Of a DNA stretch of 64,000 nt, positions 29,878 to 39,221 are shown in pieces (position 1 is the first letter of the stretch; each line of letters begins with the position of its first letter). The position numbers were made by a program, and so were the translations under genes. The notes beneath the pieces were generated by a model. That model was not told the DNA's origin, did not search any database, and saw only the letters and a program-made list of their open reading frames with translations. Source of the stretch: Gemmobacter sp. (GTDB lineage: Bacteria > Pseudomonadota > Alphaproteobacteria > Rhodobacterales > Rhodobacteraceae); assembly GCA_040398445.1 (NCBI GenBank), contig JBBAUB010000014.1:1884-65883 (forward strand). The letters are read 5' to 3'.

Positions 29878-31236
29878 TCAGCGGGCAGTGCCGCGAATGG
29901 TGGATTCCAGTGCAAGGCCCGCCGACAGCAAGGCCGCGTCGCGCCCATGGCGGGCGCAGACCATCAGCGCGGTGGGCATGCCGTCGCTGTCATGGCCGTT
30001 CGGAATGGACAGGCCGCACCAATCAAGGAAATTGCCGGGTGCGGTATGGCGCAAGGTGCGGAAATTATGATGGAAGAACACCTCGACATCCGCTTCCAGT
30101 GGCGCAATCGGCATCGCCACGCCCGGCGTGGTCGGGCAGATCAGCAACGCGTCGCCCAGACGGTCATTGACCGCCGCGATCAGGCGGGCGCGTTCCGCAT
30201 GCAGGCGGATCAGGTCGACCGCCGTCATCTTGTCGCCCATGCGGATGCGCCGCACCACGCGGGGGTCGATCCTTGCTTCATCAGGTCCATGCAGCCGGTC
30301 CCAATGCACATCGAGTGCCTCGGCCGAAGCAAGCGGACCAAAGCGGCCCATCGCCGCGACCGTCTCGCGCAATTCCGGCAAGGCGATCCGCCGCACCCGC
30401 GCGCCTGCCGCGCCAAGCCGCATCACGGTCGCATCAAAGGCCTCGGCCACCGCCGCGTCGATATCGTCGAACATCACCGCATCGGGCACCACAAGGTCCA
30501 GCGCCGCCACATCGGCCGCCCGCACCTGCGGTGCCGCCAGCCCGCGCAGCACGGCATCGACCAGCACGCAATCCTCGACCGTGTGGGCCAAAGGCCCCAG
30601 CGTATCGAGCGTGCGCGACAGCGGGAACACCCCTTGCATCGGATGGTGCCCGGTCGATGTCTTGTAACCCACGACCCCGTTAAACGCCGCCGGAATACGA
30701 ATCGACCCGCCGGTATCGGTACCGATGGACAAGGGAACGATCCCCGCCGCCACCACTGCGCCGCTGCCCGACGACGACCCGCCCGGAGACCGCGCCACCT
30801 GCGGGTCGCGCGGATTGCGCGGCGTGCCGTAATGCGGGTTCAGCCCGATGCCCGAATAGGCGAATTCGGTCATGTTGACTGCACCGACCGTCACCAGACC
30901 GGCCCGCATTCCCGCCCGCACCAAGGCCGCATCTGCTGCGGCAGGCGCCGCCCCGCGCAGCACAGCCGATCCCGCGGTGGTCACGGTTCCCTTGAGGTCG
31001 AACAGGTCTTTCCAAGCCAGCGGAACGCCGTCAAGCAAACTTGCCGGATTGCCCGCCCGCAACCGTTCCCGCGCAGCGCGCGCCTCGGCCTCGGCACGGT
31101 CGCGGGTGTGGCGGATGAACAGGGCATCGTCGCCATGCGCGGCGATCCGGTCGTAAACCTGTGCCACCACATCGACGGGGTCTTGCCGCCCCGTGCGTAA
31201 ATCTTCGGCCAGTGCCTTTGCGGTCTCGATTGCCAT
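29878..31236 (-). CDS. Amidase-signature family amidase
   Basis: [12 protein letters not shown]...[16 protein letters not shown]...[16 protein letters not shown]. Confidence 0.85.
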   Translation of the reverse strand: MAIETAKALAEDLRTGRQDPVDVVAQVYDRIAAHGDDALFIRHTRDRAEAEARAARERLRAGNPASLLDGVPLAWKDLFDLKGTVTTAGSAVLRGAAPAAADAALVRAGMRAGLVTVGAVNMTEFAYSGIGLNPHYGTPRNPRDPQVARSPGGSSSGSGAVVAAGIVPLSIGTDTGGSIRIPAAFNGVVGYKTSTGHHPMQGVFPLSRTLDTLGPLAHTVEDCVLVDAVLRGLAAPQVRAADVAALDLVVPDAVMFDDIDAAVAEAFDATVMRLGAAGARVRRIALPELRETVAAMGRFGPLASAEALDVHWDRLHGPDEARIDPRVVRRIRMGDKMTAVDLIRLHAERARLIAAVNDRLGDALLICPTTPGVAMPIAPLEADVEVFFHHNFRTLRHTAPGNFLDWCGLSIPNGHDSDGMPTALMVCARHGRDAALLSAGLALESTIRGTAR

Positions 31237-31240
31237 GGTC

Positions 31241-32341
31241 TTACTGCGCGATCAGCGTGGTATCTGCCGGGTTCCACGCGACATATCCCGCAGCGCCCGC
31301 CCGAAGGGTATCGCGGTATTTGTCGGCATGGCCTTCCAGTTGCACCATCTCGCCGCTCGGCAAGGTCATACCGATCTGCAGGATATGGCCCACCAGTTGC
31401 AGACGGTTGATCTGGCAAGGGACGACGTTGCCGTATTTCGCCCGCACCTCGGCTTCCGACAGGGTTGCAGGCAGCACGTTCATCGCCTCGGCCGGAAGCA
31501 CGATCGACGCGGCGGTGCCCGTTGTGATGGCGCTGGCGGGCGGTTCGGCAAGCAACGCGCCAAAAGGCGTATCCAGACTGACCGTGCCGCCCGCAATATT
31601 GCGGACCTTGCCGGAAATGAGGGTATTCGCCCCGATGAACCGCGCCACGAAAATGCTTTGCGGACGGGTATAAAGCTCGCGCGGCGGGCTAATCTGCTCG
31701 ACCCGTCCCGCGTTCATCACCACGATCCGGTCAGACAGCGCCAGCGCTTCGGACTGGGCATGCGTGACGAAGACGAAGGTGATGCCAAGGTCGCGCTGCA
31801 ACAGCTTCAATTCGTTCTGGATCGACTTCCTGAGGTTGGCGTCCAGCGCGCCCAAGGGTTCGTCCAGCAGCAGGATATCGGGTTCGACCACCAACGACCG
31901 GGCCAGCGCGATGCGTTGGCGCTGCCCGCCCGAAAGCCGCGTGGGGCGCACGTTCGCCACCTCGGTCAGGCCCAGCTTGTCAAGGATGCGGTCCACCTTG
32001 CGGTTCGCCTCGGCCGCGGGCAACCCCTTGACCTCAAGCCCGAACATGACGTTCTGGCGCACCGTCATATGCGGAAACAGCGCATAGTTCTGGAAGATCA
32101 TCGACGTGGGCCGCTTTTCCGGCTGCAGGTCGTTGACCCGCTTGCCACGGATCAGCAAATCCCCCGACGTGATCGATTCAAACCCCGCGATCATCCGCAA
32201 GGTCGTGGTCTTGCCGCAGCCCGAGGGGCCGAGAAAGGCGATGAACTCGCCCTTGTCCACATCGAGGTTAAAATCGATCACGGCGGGCGTGCCGTTGTCG
32301 TAAACCTTGCCGATGTGGGAAAGCTGCAGGTCGTAGGCCAC
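31241..32341 (-). CDS. PotA-type ABC transporter ATP-binding protein (second ATPase of the operon)
   Basis: [33 protein letters not shown]. Confidence 0.85.
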   Translation of the reverse strand: MAYDLQLSHIGKVYDNGTPAVIDFNLDVDKGEFIAFLGPSGCGKTTTLRMIAGFESITSGDLLIRGKRVNDLQPEKRPTSMIFQNYALFPHMTVRQNVMFGLEVKGLPAAEANRKVDRILDKLGLTEVANVRPTRLSGGQRQRIALARSLVVEPDILLLDEPLGALDANLRKSIQNELKLLQRDLGITFVFVTHAQSEALALSDRIVVMNAGRVEQISPPRELYTRPQSIFVARFIGANTLISGKVRNIAGGTVSLDTPFGALLAEPPASAITTGTAASIVLPAEAMNVLPATLSEAEVRAKYGNVVPCQINRLQLVGHILQIGMTLPSGEMVQLEGHADKYRDTLRAGAAGYVAWNPADTTLIAQ

Positions 32342-32367
32342 TGAAAAGTCCCCGATTTTCGTTTGGT

Positions 32368-32394
32368 GCGGTCGGGACGAATTGCCCCGACCGC
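32368..32394 (-). other. Perfect 9-bp hairpin GCGGTCGGG-N9-CCCGACCGC downstream of the SBP gene
   Basis: Read directly from the sequence. No U-tract, so an RNA-stabilising or attenuating element is more likely than a terminator. Confidence 0.5.
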
Positions 32395-32410
32395 AAGCTT
32401 CAAAGATCGA

Positions 32411-33631
32411 TCAAGCCGACAGGAATTCGTCCCACTTCGAGATCAGCAGGTCGTATTCATCCGGCCACTGGTGCCAGTAGGCGACGTTTGCCGCACGGGT
32501 GGCAAGCGAGCCGCCGTCGCGCAGATCGCCTTCCTTGATGCCGCGCTCTTCCGCGCCGACCCACGGTGCGCCCTCGTACCAGAAGGCGTACTTTTCGGGG
32601 GCCATGACCGCCTTGACCTTGTCGTTGGGCGAATAGTAGCCCTGTTCCGACACGGCGACAGCGGGTCCGCCCGACAGCCAGTAATCGGCATAGGCGGTGA
32701 CGGCATCGAGGTTGGGCGAGGATTTCAGCGCCGAAACGCCGATGGCCCAACCGCGATAGCCGGTCTTCATGGTGGCGTAAGAGCACTGCACGCCCTGCGC
32801 CTTGACGGCCATGACGGCAGGCTGCCACGCGTCGGCAAGGATCATCTCGCCCGAGGCAAGCAGGTTAACGAGTTCGCCGAAATCACCCCAGAGGGCGCGG
32901 AACTGGCCTTCTTTTTTCTTGGAAATCAGGAACTTGGCGGCTTCTTCGATGGCTGCCGCATCCGGGTTGCCGGGGTTCTTCACCTCGAGCAGGCCCAGTT
33001 CGTTCATGGCCATGACGGCTTGACCGAAGGCGATCAGCGGGTCGACGTTCAGGCCGGTCTTGCCCTTGAACTTGGGGTCGAACAGCGAGGACCACATCGA
33101 CGCTTCTTCCGCCGACACGAGGTCGGGGCGATAGCCGATGGAGTCGAAGTTATAGACGGTCGGAACCATGTTCAGCGCGGTCATCGACTCGTCGGTGTAG
33201 ATCTGGCCGACGATCTGCGCCTTGGCGTCCCACTTCGGGTCGGCCTTGAGGAAGCTTTCGCCAACGCCCGTCCAGTTGGTCAACGCCGAGGTGGCGATGG
33301 GCGAGACGAGATCGGTCTGCACGATCGACGGCAGACGCTCGCCGATGGTTTCCCAGCAGTCGTAAGCGGTCGAACCCGACAAGAGTTCGGTCTGGGTGTT
33401 CGGGAAGATGTCGGCTTTGCCCGAGACGGCCTTGACGCCCGAAGCGGTTTTGAAGTCGGCCAGAATACGGTCCTGAACCGTCACCGAAAGACCGACCGTG
33501 CGCAGTTCCTGCGAGGCAAGATCGGCAGCGAAGGCTTGTTGCGAACCAAAGGGAAGGCCTCCGGCGGCAAGAGCGGCCGCACCTGCAGAACCCTGCAAGA
33601 ACCTGCGGCGCGATAGCGACATATCTTTCAT
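32411..33631 (-). CDS. PotD/PotF-like periplasmic solute-binding protein with a Tat signal
   Basis: MKDMSLSRRRFLQGSAGAAALAAGGLPFGSQQAFA followed by an SBP body. AGGAGG RBS. Confidence 0.8.
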   Translation of the reverse strand: MKDMSLSRRRFLQGSAGAAALAAGGLPFGSQQAFAADLASQELRTVGLSVTVQDRILADFKTASGVKAVSGKADIFPNTQTELLSGSTAYDCWETIGERLPSIVQTDLVSPIATSALTNWTGVGESFLKADPKWDAKAQIVGQIYTDESMTALNMVPTVYNFDSIGYRPDLVSAEEASMWSSLFDPKFKGKTGLNVDPLIAFGQAVMAMNELGLLEVKNPGNPDAAAIEEAAKFLISKKKEGQFRALWGDFGELVNLLASGEMILADAWQPAVMAVKAQGVQCSYATMKTGYRGWAIGVSALKSSPNLDAVTAYADYWLSGGPAVAVSEQGYYSPNDKVKAVMAPEKYAFWYEGAPWVGAEERGIKEGDLRDGGSLATRAANVAYWHQWPDEYDLLISKWDEFLSA

Positions 33632-33688
33632 ATGTAGTACCTCCTGTTACGTCTGTTTTTGTCGTGTCTTCTTCTTTGTCCCGCCGGA

Positions 33689-34444
33689 TCAGTAGCGCCC
33701 GACGAGCAATCCTCCGTCCACGACAACGACCTGTCCGGTCATGTATCGGGCGCCGTTGGATGCCAGGAAAAGGATCACATCGGCGATTTCATCCGGCTCG
33801 CCGATGCGGCCCATCGGGATGAATTCGCCCGCCTTGGCGGCCCCTTCGGGACCAAGCGAGTTTTCCTTCGATAACAGTTGCGCGGTGCGGATATAGCCCG
33901 GTGCCACGCCGTTCACGCGGATGCCGTCTTTGGCCAGTTCGACGGCAAGCCCGCGCACCAACCCCACGACGCCGGACTTCGCCGCCGAATAGTGCACATG
34001 TTCGTCCCAGCCGTAGGCGACCCCCATGATCGACGACAGCGCGACGATGGCACCCTTTTTTCGCGCCTTCATTCCGGCCAGCGCCGGACGGATCACGCGG
34101 AAAATCCCCTTGAGGTCGATGTCGAAGGTGTGGTCCCACTTGTCATCGGTCATCGCAGGCAAGGGCACCTTGTGCGCGATCCCCGCGTTGGCCACGATCA
34201 CGTCGATTCCGCCCCTTGCGGCCTCGATCCTTGCCACGAGCGCATCGGCATCGGCGGTCGAGCGGACATCCAGCCGGTGATATTCGGCGCTGCCGCCCGC
34301 CGCCGTGATTTCGGCCACCACGGCCTGCCCTTCGGCATCCAGCACGTCAGTCACGACCACGTGTTGACCCGCGGCCCCAAAGGCCAGCGCGGCTGCACGG
34401 CCGATGCCGATACCCGCACCGGTGATAAGGACGGTTTCGCTCAT
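33689..34444 (-). CDS. Short-chain dehydrogenase/reductase
   Basis: VLITGAGIGIGRAAALAF...NAG...YSAAKSGVVGL. ATGA overlap with the upstream SDR. ORF 33689..34828 was trimmed. Confidence 0.85.
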   Translation of the reverse strand: MSETVLITGAGIGIGRAAALAFGAAGQHVVVTDVLDAEGQAVVAEITAAGGSAEYHRLDVRSTADADALVARIEAARGGIDVIVANAGIAHKVPLPAMTDDKWDHTFDIDLKGIFRVIRPALAGMKARKKGAIVALSSIMGVAYGWDEHVHYSAAKSGVVGLVRGLAVELAKDGIRVNGVAPGYIRTAQLLSKENSLGPEGAAKAGEFIPMGRIGEPDEIADVILFLASNGARYMTGQVVVVDGGLLVGRY

Positions 34445-35175
34445 AGCATCACATCTCCGGAATTCGGCCCAAGCGTCTGGCCCACGAACAGCGACGCGGC
34501 GGGCGAGCATAGAAAAGCCACCGCCTCGGCCACCTCGTCGGGTTCGCCAAAGCGGCCCAGCGGCAATTCGGCAGCCTTGGCGCGCTGCCAGTCTTGCGAC
34601 AGGCTGCGGACCAGCGGCGTGTTGATCGGGCCAGGGGCGACCGCGTTCACGCGGATGCCTTGCGCCGACACTTCGCGTGCCAGCGCCTTGGTCATGCCGA
34701 TGATCCCTGCCTTGGCCGCAGAGTAATGCACCAGTTCGACCCCGCCGATCTGGCCTAACTGCGAGGCGACGTTGACGATCACGCCCGACTTGCGAGCCAG
34801 CATCCCGTCGATGACGGCCCGCGTGCACAAGAACGTGCCGCGCAGGTGAACCGCGATCATGCGGTCAAAATCTTCCACTGTCAGCGTCTGGAACCGCCCC
34901 TGATGCACGTGGCCTGCACAGTTGACCAGATGCGTGACGGCACCGAAAGCTGCCTCGGTCTCTGCCACCATCGCAGCGACGTCGGCGGCATCCGACACAT
35001 CTCCGCCGATGCTGCGCGCGCCGCCGCCGATTTCGGCGGCCACGGCGCTCGCCGCGGCGGCACGGAAATCGTTGACCATGACGCTATAGCCATCCGCCGC
35101 CAACCGCAGCGCAATCGCGCGCCCGATGCCCGAACCACCACCCGTGACGATTGCGTTGCCCGAACTGCGGCTCAT
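34441..35175 (-). CDS. Short-chain dehydrogenase/reductase
   Basis: AIVTGGGSGIGRAIALRL...NCAG...YSAAKAGIIGM. ATGA overlap with the permease stop. The 648-aa ORF 34441..36387 is a read-through artefact. Confidence 0.85.
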   Translation of the reverse strand: MSRSSGNAIVTGGGSGIGRAIALRLAADGYSVMVNDFRAAAASAVAAEIGGGARSIGGDVSDAADVAAMVAETEAAFGAVTHLVNCAGHVHQGRFQTLTVEDFDRMIAVHLRGTFLCTRAVIDGMLARKSGVIVNVASQLGQIGGVELVHYSAAKAGIIGMTKALAREVSAQGIRVNAVAPGPINTPLVRSLSQDWQRAKAAELPLGRFGEPDEVAEAVAFLCSPAASLFVGQTLGPNSGDVML

Positions 35176-36023
35176 GCAATCTCCTCCTGCATCGCCATCT
35201 TCTTGGCGCGCCGCACCGACATGGCCATCAGGATGCCGTAGACCGACAGAAGCGCGAAGGAGAACAGCGTGGTCAGCACGCCGAAGGCAAAGATGTTGGG
35301 ATGGATTTCGACCGAGAAGGTCCCGTAGATTGCCAGCGGCAATGTCTGGTCCCGCCCCGAGGCAAACAGCGTGCGCGGGAATTCGTCGAGCGACAGCGTA
35401 AAGGCAAACAGCATCGCCGACAGCACGCCCGGGAAGATCAGCGGGAAGGTTACCTTGCGGAACGTGGTCCAGGGGTCCACGCCCAGCGACCAGGCCGCTT
35501 CCTCGACCGACGCATCGAAGCGGTTCAGGATCGCCAGCATGACAAGAAAGGCGAACGGAAAGGTATAGGCGACGTGGCTTGCAAAGGCGGTCGTATACCA
35601 ATGCCGCTCGATCCCGATGATGTTGTTGGCCAAGAGCGATGTGCCCAGACCCGTCAGCACGCCCGGAACCATCATGCCCAGCACGATCAGGTAAAAGACA
35701 AAGGCCGAACCCTTGAAGTTGCGCCGGAATGCCTGCGCCGACATCACGCCCAGCACGGTCGACACCACCATCGTCATAAGTGCCAGCACCAGCGACCGGA
35801 CCAGCGCCTCGCCAAAGGGCAAGGGCGCGATGCGCGACGGCGGGGTCAGGCCGAACACCTGCCGGTACCAATAGGTCGACCATTCGACGATCGGGAATTG
35901 CGGCCCGCCATCCGGCCCCTGCTGGAACGAGATGATCGTAAGCACCACGAAAGGCCCGTACAGGAACAGCACGAACAGCGCGACATACAGTCCAAGCGCC
36001 GGTTTGATGATACGCGATTCCAT
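35172..36023 (-). CDS. PotC-like ABC transporter permease
   Basis: Six TM segments and EAA-like loop EEAAWSLGVDPWTTFRKVTFPLIFPG. Confidence 0.85.
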   Translation of the reverse strand: MESRIIKPALGLYVALFVLFLYGPFVVLTIISFQQGPDGGPQFPIVEWSTYWYRQVFGLTPPSRIAPLPFGEALVRSLVLALMTMVVSTVLGVMSAQAFRRNFKGSAFVFYLIVLGMMVPGVLTGLGTSLLANNIIGIERHWYTTAFASHVAYTFPFAFLVMLAILNRFDASVEEAAWSLGVDPWTTFRKVTFPLIFPGVLSAMLFAFTLSLDEFPRTLFASGRDQTLPLAIYGTFSVEIHPNIFAFGVLTTLFSFALLSVYGILMAMSVRRAKKMAMQEEIA

Positions 36024-36026
36024 GGC

Positions 36027-36899
36027 TTAAAGCTCCCGCTTCAGATCGACGATCCGCAGCAAACCGGCGATGACGATGCCCATGACGATGGTCAGGACCA
36101 CCCCGACGACCGACGCCATCGCCCATTTCAGCGACCCGACCTGTGTGACGATGATATTGCCCAGCAGGTTGACCTTGCGGCCCGACAACGCGCCCGACGT
36201 GGCGAATTCGCCCAAGACCATGACCGACACGAAAATAGCACCCACCACGACGCCCGGCAGCGACAAGGGGAAGATGATCTTCCAGAAGATGCGCCCGAAT
36301 CCCGCGCCCAGGTCGCGGGCGGCTTCGATGATGTTGCGGTCGATCCGGCTCAGCATAAAAGCGATGGGACCGACCATGAACACGCAATAAATCTGCGTCA
36401 TGCCGATGATCACGGACAATTCGGTGAACAGCAGCACTTCGATGGGTTGCTGGATGATGCCGATCTTCAGCAGCACGATGTTGATCGCGCCCTCTTTGCC
36501 CAGCATCGGCCGCCAGGCCAGCACGCGGATCAGGAACGAGGTCCAGAACGGGATGACGCAGACCACCAGAAGCACGGTCGACAGCGTTTTAGACTTGACG
36601 AAAAGCCCCACGAACAGCGCGGTGGGGTAGCCCACGATGAAGGTGGTGGCCAGAACGATCAGCCAGATGCGGATCGTCGTCCAAAGCGACCCCGTATAAG
36701 TGTCGGAACTGAAGAACTGCTTCCAGCTTGCCAGCGTCGGATCGGACGAGATGTTGAAGGTCGTCTGCGTCCAGAACGAGACATAGACGATCATCGCGAT
36801 CGGCACGACAAGGAACAGCGACATCCACACGATGCCCGGGATCAGCAGCCAGCGCGTCACCTTTGACTGGCGGTCCTGAATGGTGACTGTGTCGGTCAT
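36027..36899 (-). CDS. PotB-like ABC transporter permease
   Basis: Six TM segments and loop IEAARDLGAGFGRIFWKIIFPLSLPG. Confidence 0.85.
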   Translation of the reverse strand: MTDTVTIQDRQSKVTRWLLIPGIVWMSLFLVVPIAMIVYVSFWTQTTFNISSDPTLASWKQFFSSDTYTGSLWTTIRIWLIVLATTFIVGYPTALFVGLFVKSKTLSTVLLVVCVIPFWTSFLIRVLAWRPMLGKEGAINIVLLKIGIIQQPIEVLLFTELSVIIGMTQIYCVFMVGPIAFMLSRIDRNIIEAARDLGAGFGRIFWKIIFPLSLPGVVVGAIFVSVMVLGEFATSGALSGRKVNLLGNIIVTQVGSLKWAMASVVGVVLTIVMGIVIAGLLRIVDLKREL

Positions 36900-37978
36900 A
36901 TCGTTGCCTCGCGGCCGAAAACGATGGCCTGTTCCGGGTTCCAGGTCAGAAGGTAATCTTGCTTCGGTTCGTAAATCTCGGGCGCGCCAAGGCTCAGGTG
37001 GTGCTCCATCTCGACCAGATGGCCTTGGCCGGCGTCGAAGAAGTTCATGATCGACGACCCGAGGTATTCCGACGCGATAAAGGTTGCCTTCAACGCGGGC
37101 CCATCCGATGCCTTGGCCGAAAGCGGAAGCACCTTTACCCGGTCATAACGCACTGCGTAGACATCGCGCTCGGCACGGGTCGCCGACGGGGCGCTGACTG
37201 CACCGAAGCTTCCGGTGAAGTTCCCCTTCGACAACGTGCCGTCGAACAGGTTGTAGCGGTTCAGGAAATGCGCCACGTCCGGCGATGCGGGGCTGTCATA
37301 CACCTCGCCCGGCGTTCCGGTCTGGATGATCGTGCCGCGGTCCAGCACGACAACACGGTCGCCCATCGCCAACGCCTCGGTCTCGCTTCCGGTCACATGC
37401 AGGAAGGTCACGCCAAGCCGCTCGCGGATCGCCCGCAACTCGCTGCGCATGCGCGAGCGCAGGTTTGCATCAAGCGCTCCGAGCGGTTCGTCCAGCAACA
37501 CGAGCTTCGGGCGCATCGCAAGGGTGCGCGCCAAGGCGACGCGCTGGCGCTGGCCGCCCGAAATCTGGTCGACGCCGCGCCCCTCCATGCCCGACAGGCC
37601 TACCAGATCGATCATCTCGGCAGCGCGCCGCTCGACCTCGGAAGCTGCCATCGCGGGTTTGCCGTGGGTCAAACCAAAGCCGACATTCTGCATCACGGTC
37701 AGATGCGGGAACAATGCGAAGTTCTGGAAGACGAACCCGATTCCGCGTTCGTGCGCCTGCACGTTGGTGATATCGCGCCCCTCGAAATAGATGCGCCCCG
37801 CTTCGGGTGCCTCGAATCCCGCGATCACGCGTAAAAGCGTTGTCTTGCCCGAACCCGATGGCCCGAGGAACGACAGGTATTCGTTCGCTCCAACCTCGAG
37901 CGACGCATCGTTCAGTGCGACCAGATCGCCGTAGCGCTTGGTCACGCCTTCCAGTCTGAAGACCGACGTGTCCACCAT
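36896..37978 (-). CDS. PotA-type ABC transporter ATP-binding protein (first ATPase of the operon)
   Basis: [35 protein letters not shown] prefer ATG 37978 (MVDTSVFRLEG) to ATG 38050, which lacks an RBS. Confidence 0.8.
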   Translation of the reverse strand: MVDTSVFRLEGVTKRYGDLVALNDASLEVGANEYLSFLGPSGSGKTTLLRVIAGFEAPEAGRIYFEGRDITNVQAHERGIGFVFQNFALFPHLTVMQNVGFGLTHGKPAMAASEVERRAAEMIDLVGLSGMEGRGVDQISGGQRQRVALARTLAMRPKLVLLDEPLGALDANLRSRMRSELRAIRERLGVTFLHVTGSETEALAMGDRVVVLDRGTIIQTGTPGEVYDSPASPDVAHFLNRYNLFDGTLSKGNFTGSFGAVSAPSATRAERDVYAVRYDRVKVLPLSAKASDGPALKATFIASEYLGSSIMNFFDAGQGHLVEMEHHLSLGAPEIYEPKQDYLLTWNPEQAIVFGREATI

Positions 37979-38085
37979 AACCTCGCCCGAAGTGCGACCT
38001 GCCCTCGTGGGACGGGTCTGATTGTTTTTGGCTTTAACCGAAGCACGCATGACGACGCGCCACTTCGGCTAAAACTGTACTTCGT

Positions 38086-38120
38086 ATAACATCGTTGATT
38101 TTCCAACCTGTCAACTGGTT
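38086..38120 (-). promoter_or_regulatory. Candidate sigma-70 promoter TTGACA-N17-TGTTAT with an overlapping imperfect palindrome AACCAGTTGACAGGTT (GntR-type GT..AC core)
   Basis: On the minus strand, -35 = 38114-38109 and -10 = 38091-38086. The palindrome is at 38105-38120 (12 of 16 positions symmetric). It sits in the 187-bp AT-rich gap 38051-38237. Confidence 0.4.
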
Positions 38121-38237
38121 ATTAAATTACGAATTACCGCTTTTTTGGGCAAGTTATTCGACAATTGGTCCAGTTTTCGCACAGGCTGCGAACCCGCTTC
38201 GTCACGCTTACATGGATATTGCGCACCGAATACGTTT

Positions 38238-39221
38238 TTATTGCGGACTAAGGTACGGCGCAAAAGAACCAGTTTCGTCGATCACCGCGACGATCTTCAT
38301 CCGCGCCAGATACCGCCGCGCCGTGATCGACAGGTGGTAGCGCAGATATTCGCACGCTGAATCAATGGGATGGTGTGTGATCAGGTCCAGCAGGGTCTGG
38401 TACTGCTCGATCGTATCCTCGTCACGCGGCAGACCCAGCAAGATCAGCGCCCGGTCGACCGACGACAGCAGCAACCTGTTGGACCGGATCATTTCGACAA
38501 GCGCCGCGTTTGGTGCCTGCGCAATGCAAAGTTCAAGCAGCGCATCGCCAAGATATTGGGGCGTGATGCCGGGATCGGTGCCGATCCTGTCAAGCAAAGC
38601 TTCGACCTCGGCATAACGGATATGCTGCGCGGCAAGACGCAGGGCAGCCGGTTCCATGATTCCACGCAACTCGAACTTTTCGCTTACCGTGCGGGCGGTG
38701 AGTGGCCCCGCGATCCAGTGCGAGCTGGGGCTTTTGCGCACCAAACCCCGCTCTTGCAGCCGCGCCAGCACATCGCGCACCACCGTGCGGCTGACGCCCA
38801 GATGGTCGGCCAATTCGGTCTCGACGATGCGGAATTCTCCGAAGATCTGGCACGAAGCCACCTCTTCCTCGACCTTGTCGTACACATGCCGCCACGTGCC
38901 GCGCGTCTGCAGGGCCTGATCTACGGCGTGGGGAATCTCAAGCTCCAACTCGCGGATGTCGCGCCGGATCGGGATGACGTCGCCGCCCCCCTTCCCGACC
39001 AGATAGCCCCGCCCGTCGAAACGGTTGATCAACCCTTCGTCCAGCAATTGCCGCAGGGCCGTTTGCACCGGGACGCGGCTTGTCTGCATCACAGCGGCGA
39101 TCGGCCCTTCGAGCAGCACGAACCCGCGCGGCAACACGCCCGACAGGATATTTTCGCGCAACACCCGCCCGATCAACTCGTAGCGCGGTTCCTGCGCCAA
39201 GGGATTGACCGACCGGATCAT
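38238..39221 (-). CDS. GntR/FadR-type regulator with two tandem winged-helix domains plus a C-terminal FCD domain
   Basis: wHTH-1 LPRGFVLLEGPIAAVMQTSRVPVQTALRQLLDEGLINRFDGRGYLV. wHTH-2 IVETELADHLGVSRTVVRDVLARLQERGLVRKSPSSHW. FCD-like EKFELRGIMEPAALRLAA... follows. Confidence 0.75.
   Translation of the reverse strand: MIRSVNPLAQEPRYELIGRVLRENILSGVLPRGFVLLEGPIAAVMQTSRVPVQTALRQLLDEGLINRFDGRGYLVGKGGGDVIPIRRDIRELELEIPHAVDQALQTRGTWRHVYDKVEEEVASCQIFGEFRIVETELADHLGVSRTVVRDVLARLQERGLVRKSPSSHWIAGPLTARTVSEKFELRGIMEPAALRLAAQHIRYAEVEALLDRIGTDPGITPQYLGDALLELCIAQAPNAALVEMIRSNRLLLSSVDRALILLGLPRDEDTIEQYQTLLDLITHHPIDSACEYLRYHLSITARRYLARMKIVAVIDETGSFAPYLSPQ

Noticed and set aside
34441-36387. A 648-aa minus-strand ORF spanning an SDR gene and two permease genes.
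   Set aside because: Only the last 244 codons (34441..35175) look like a protein, an SDR with a TGxxxGIG motif. The upstream part is an out-of-frame read-through of the permease genes, which are convincingly encoded in other frames.
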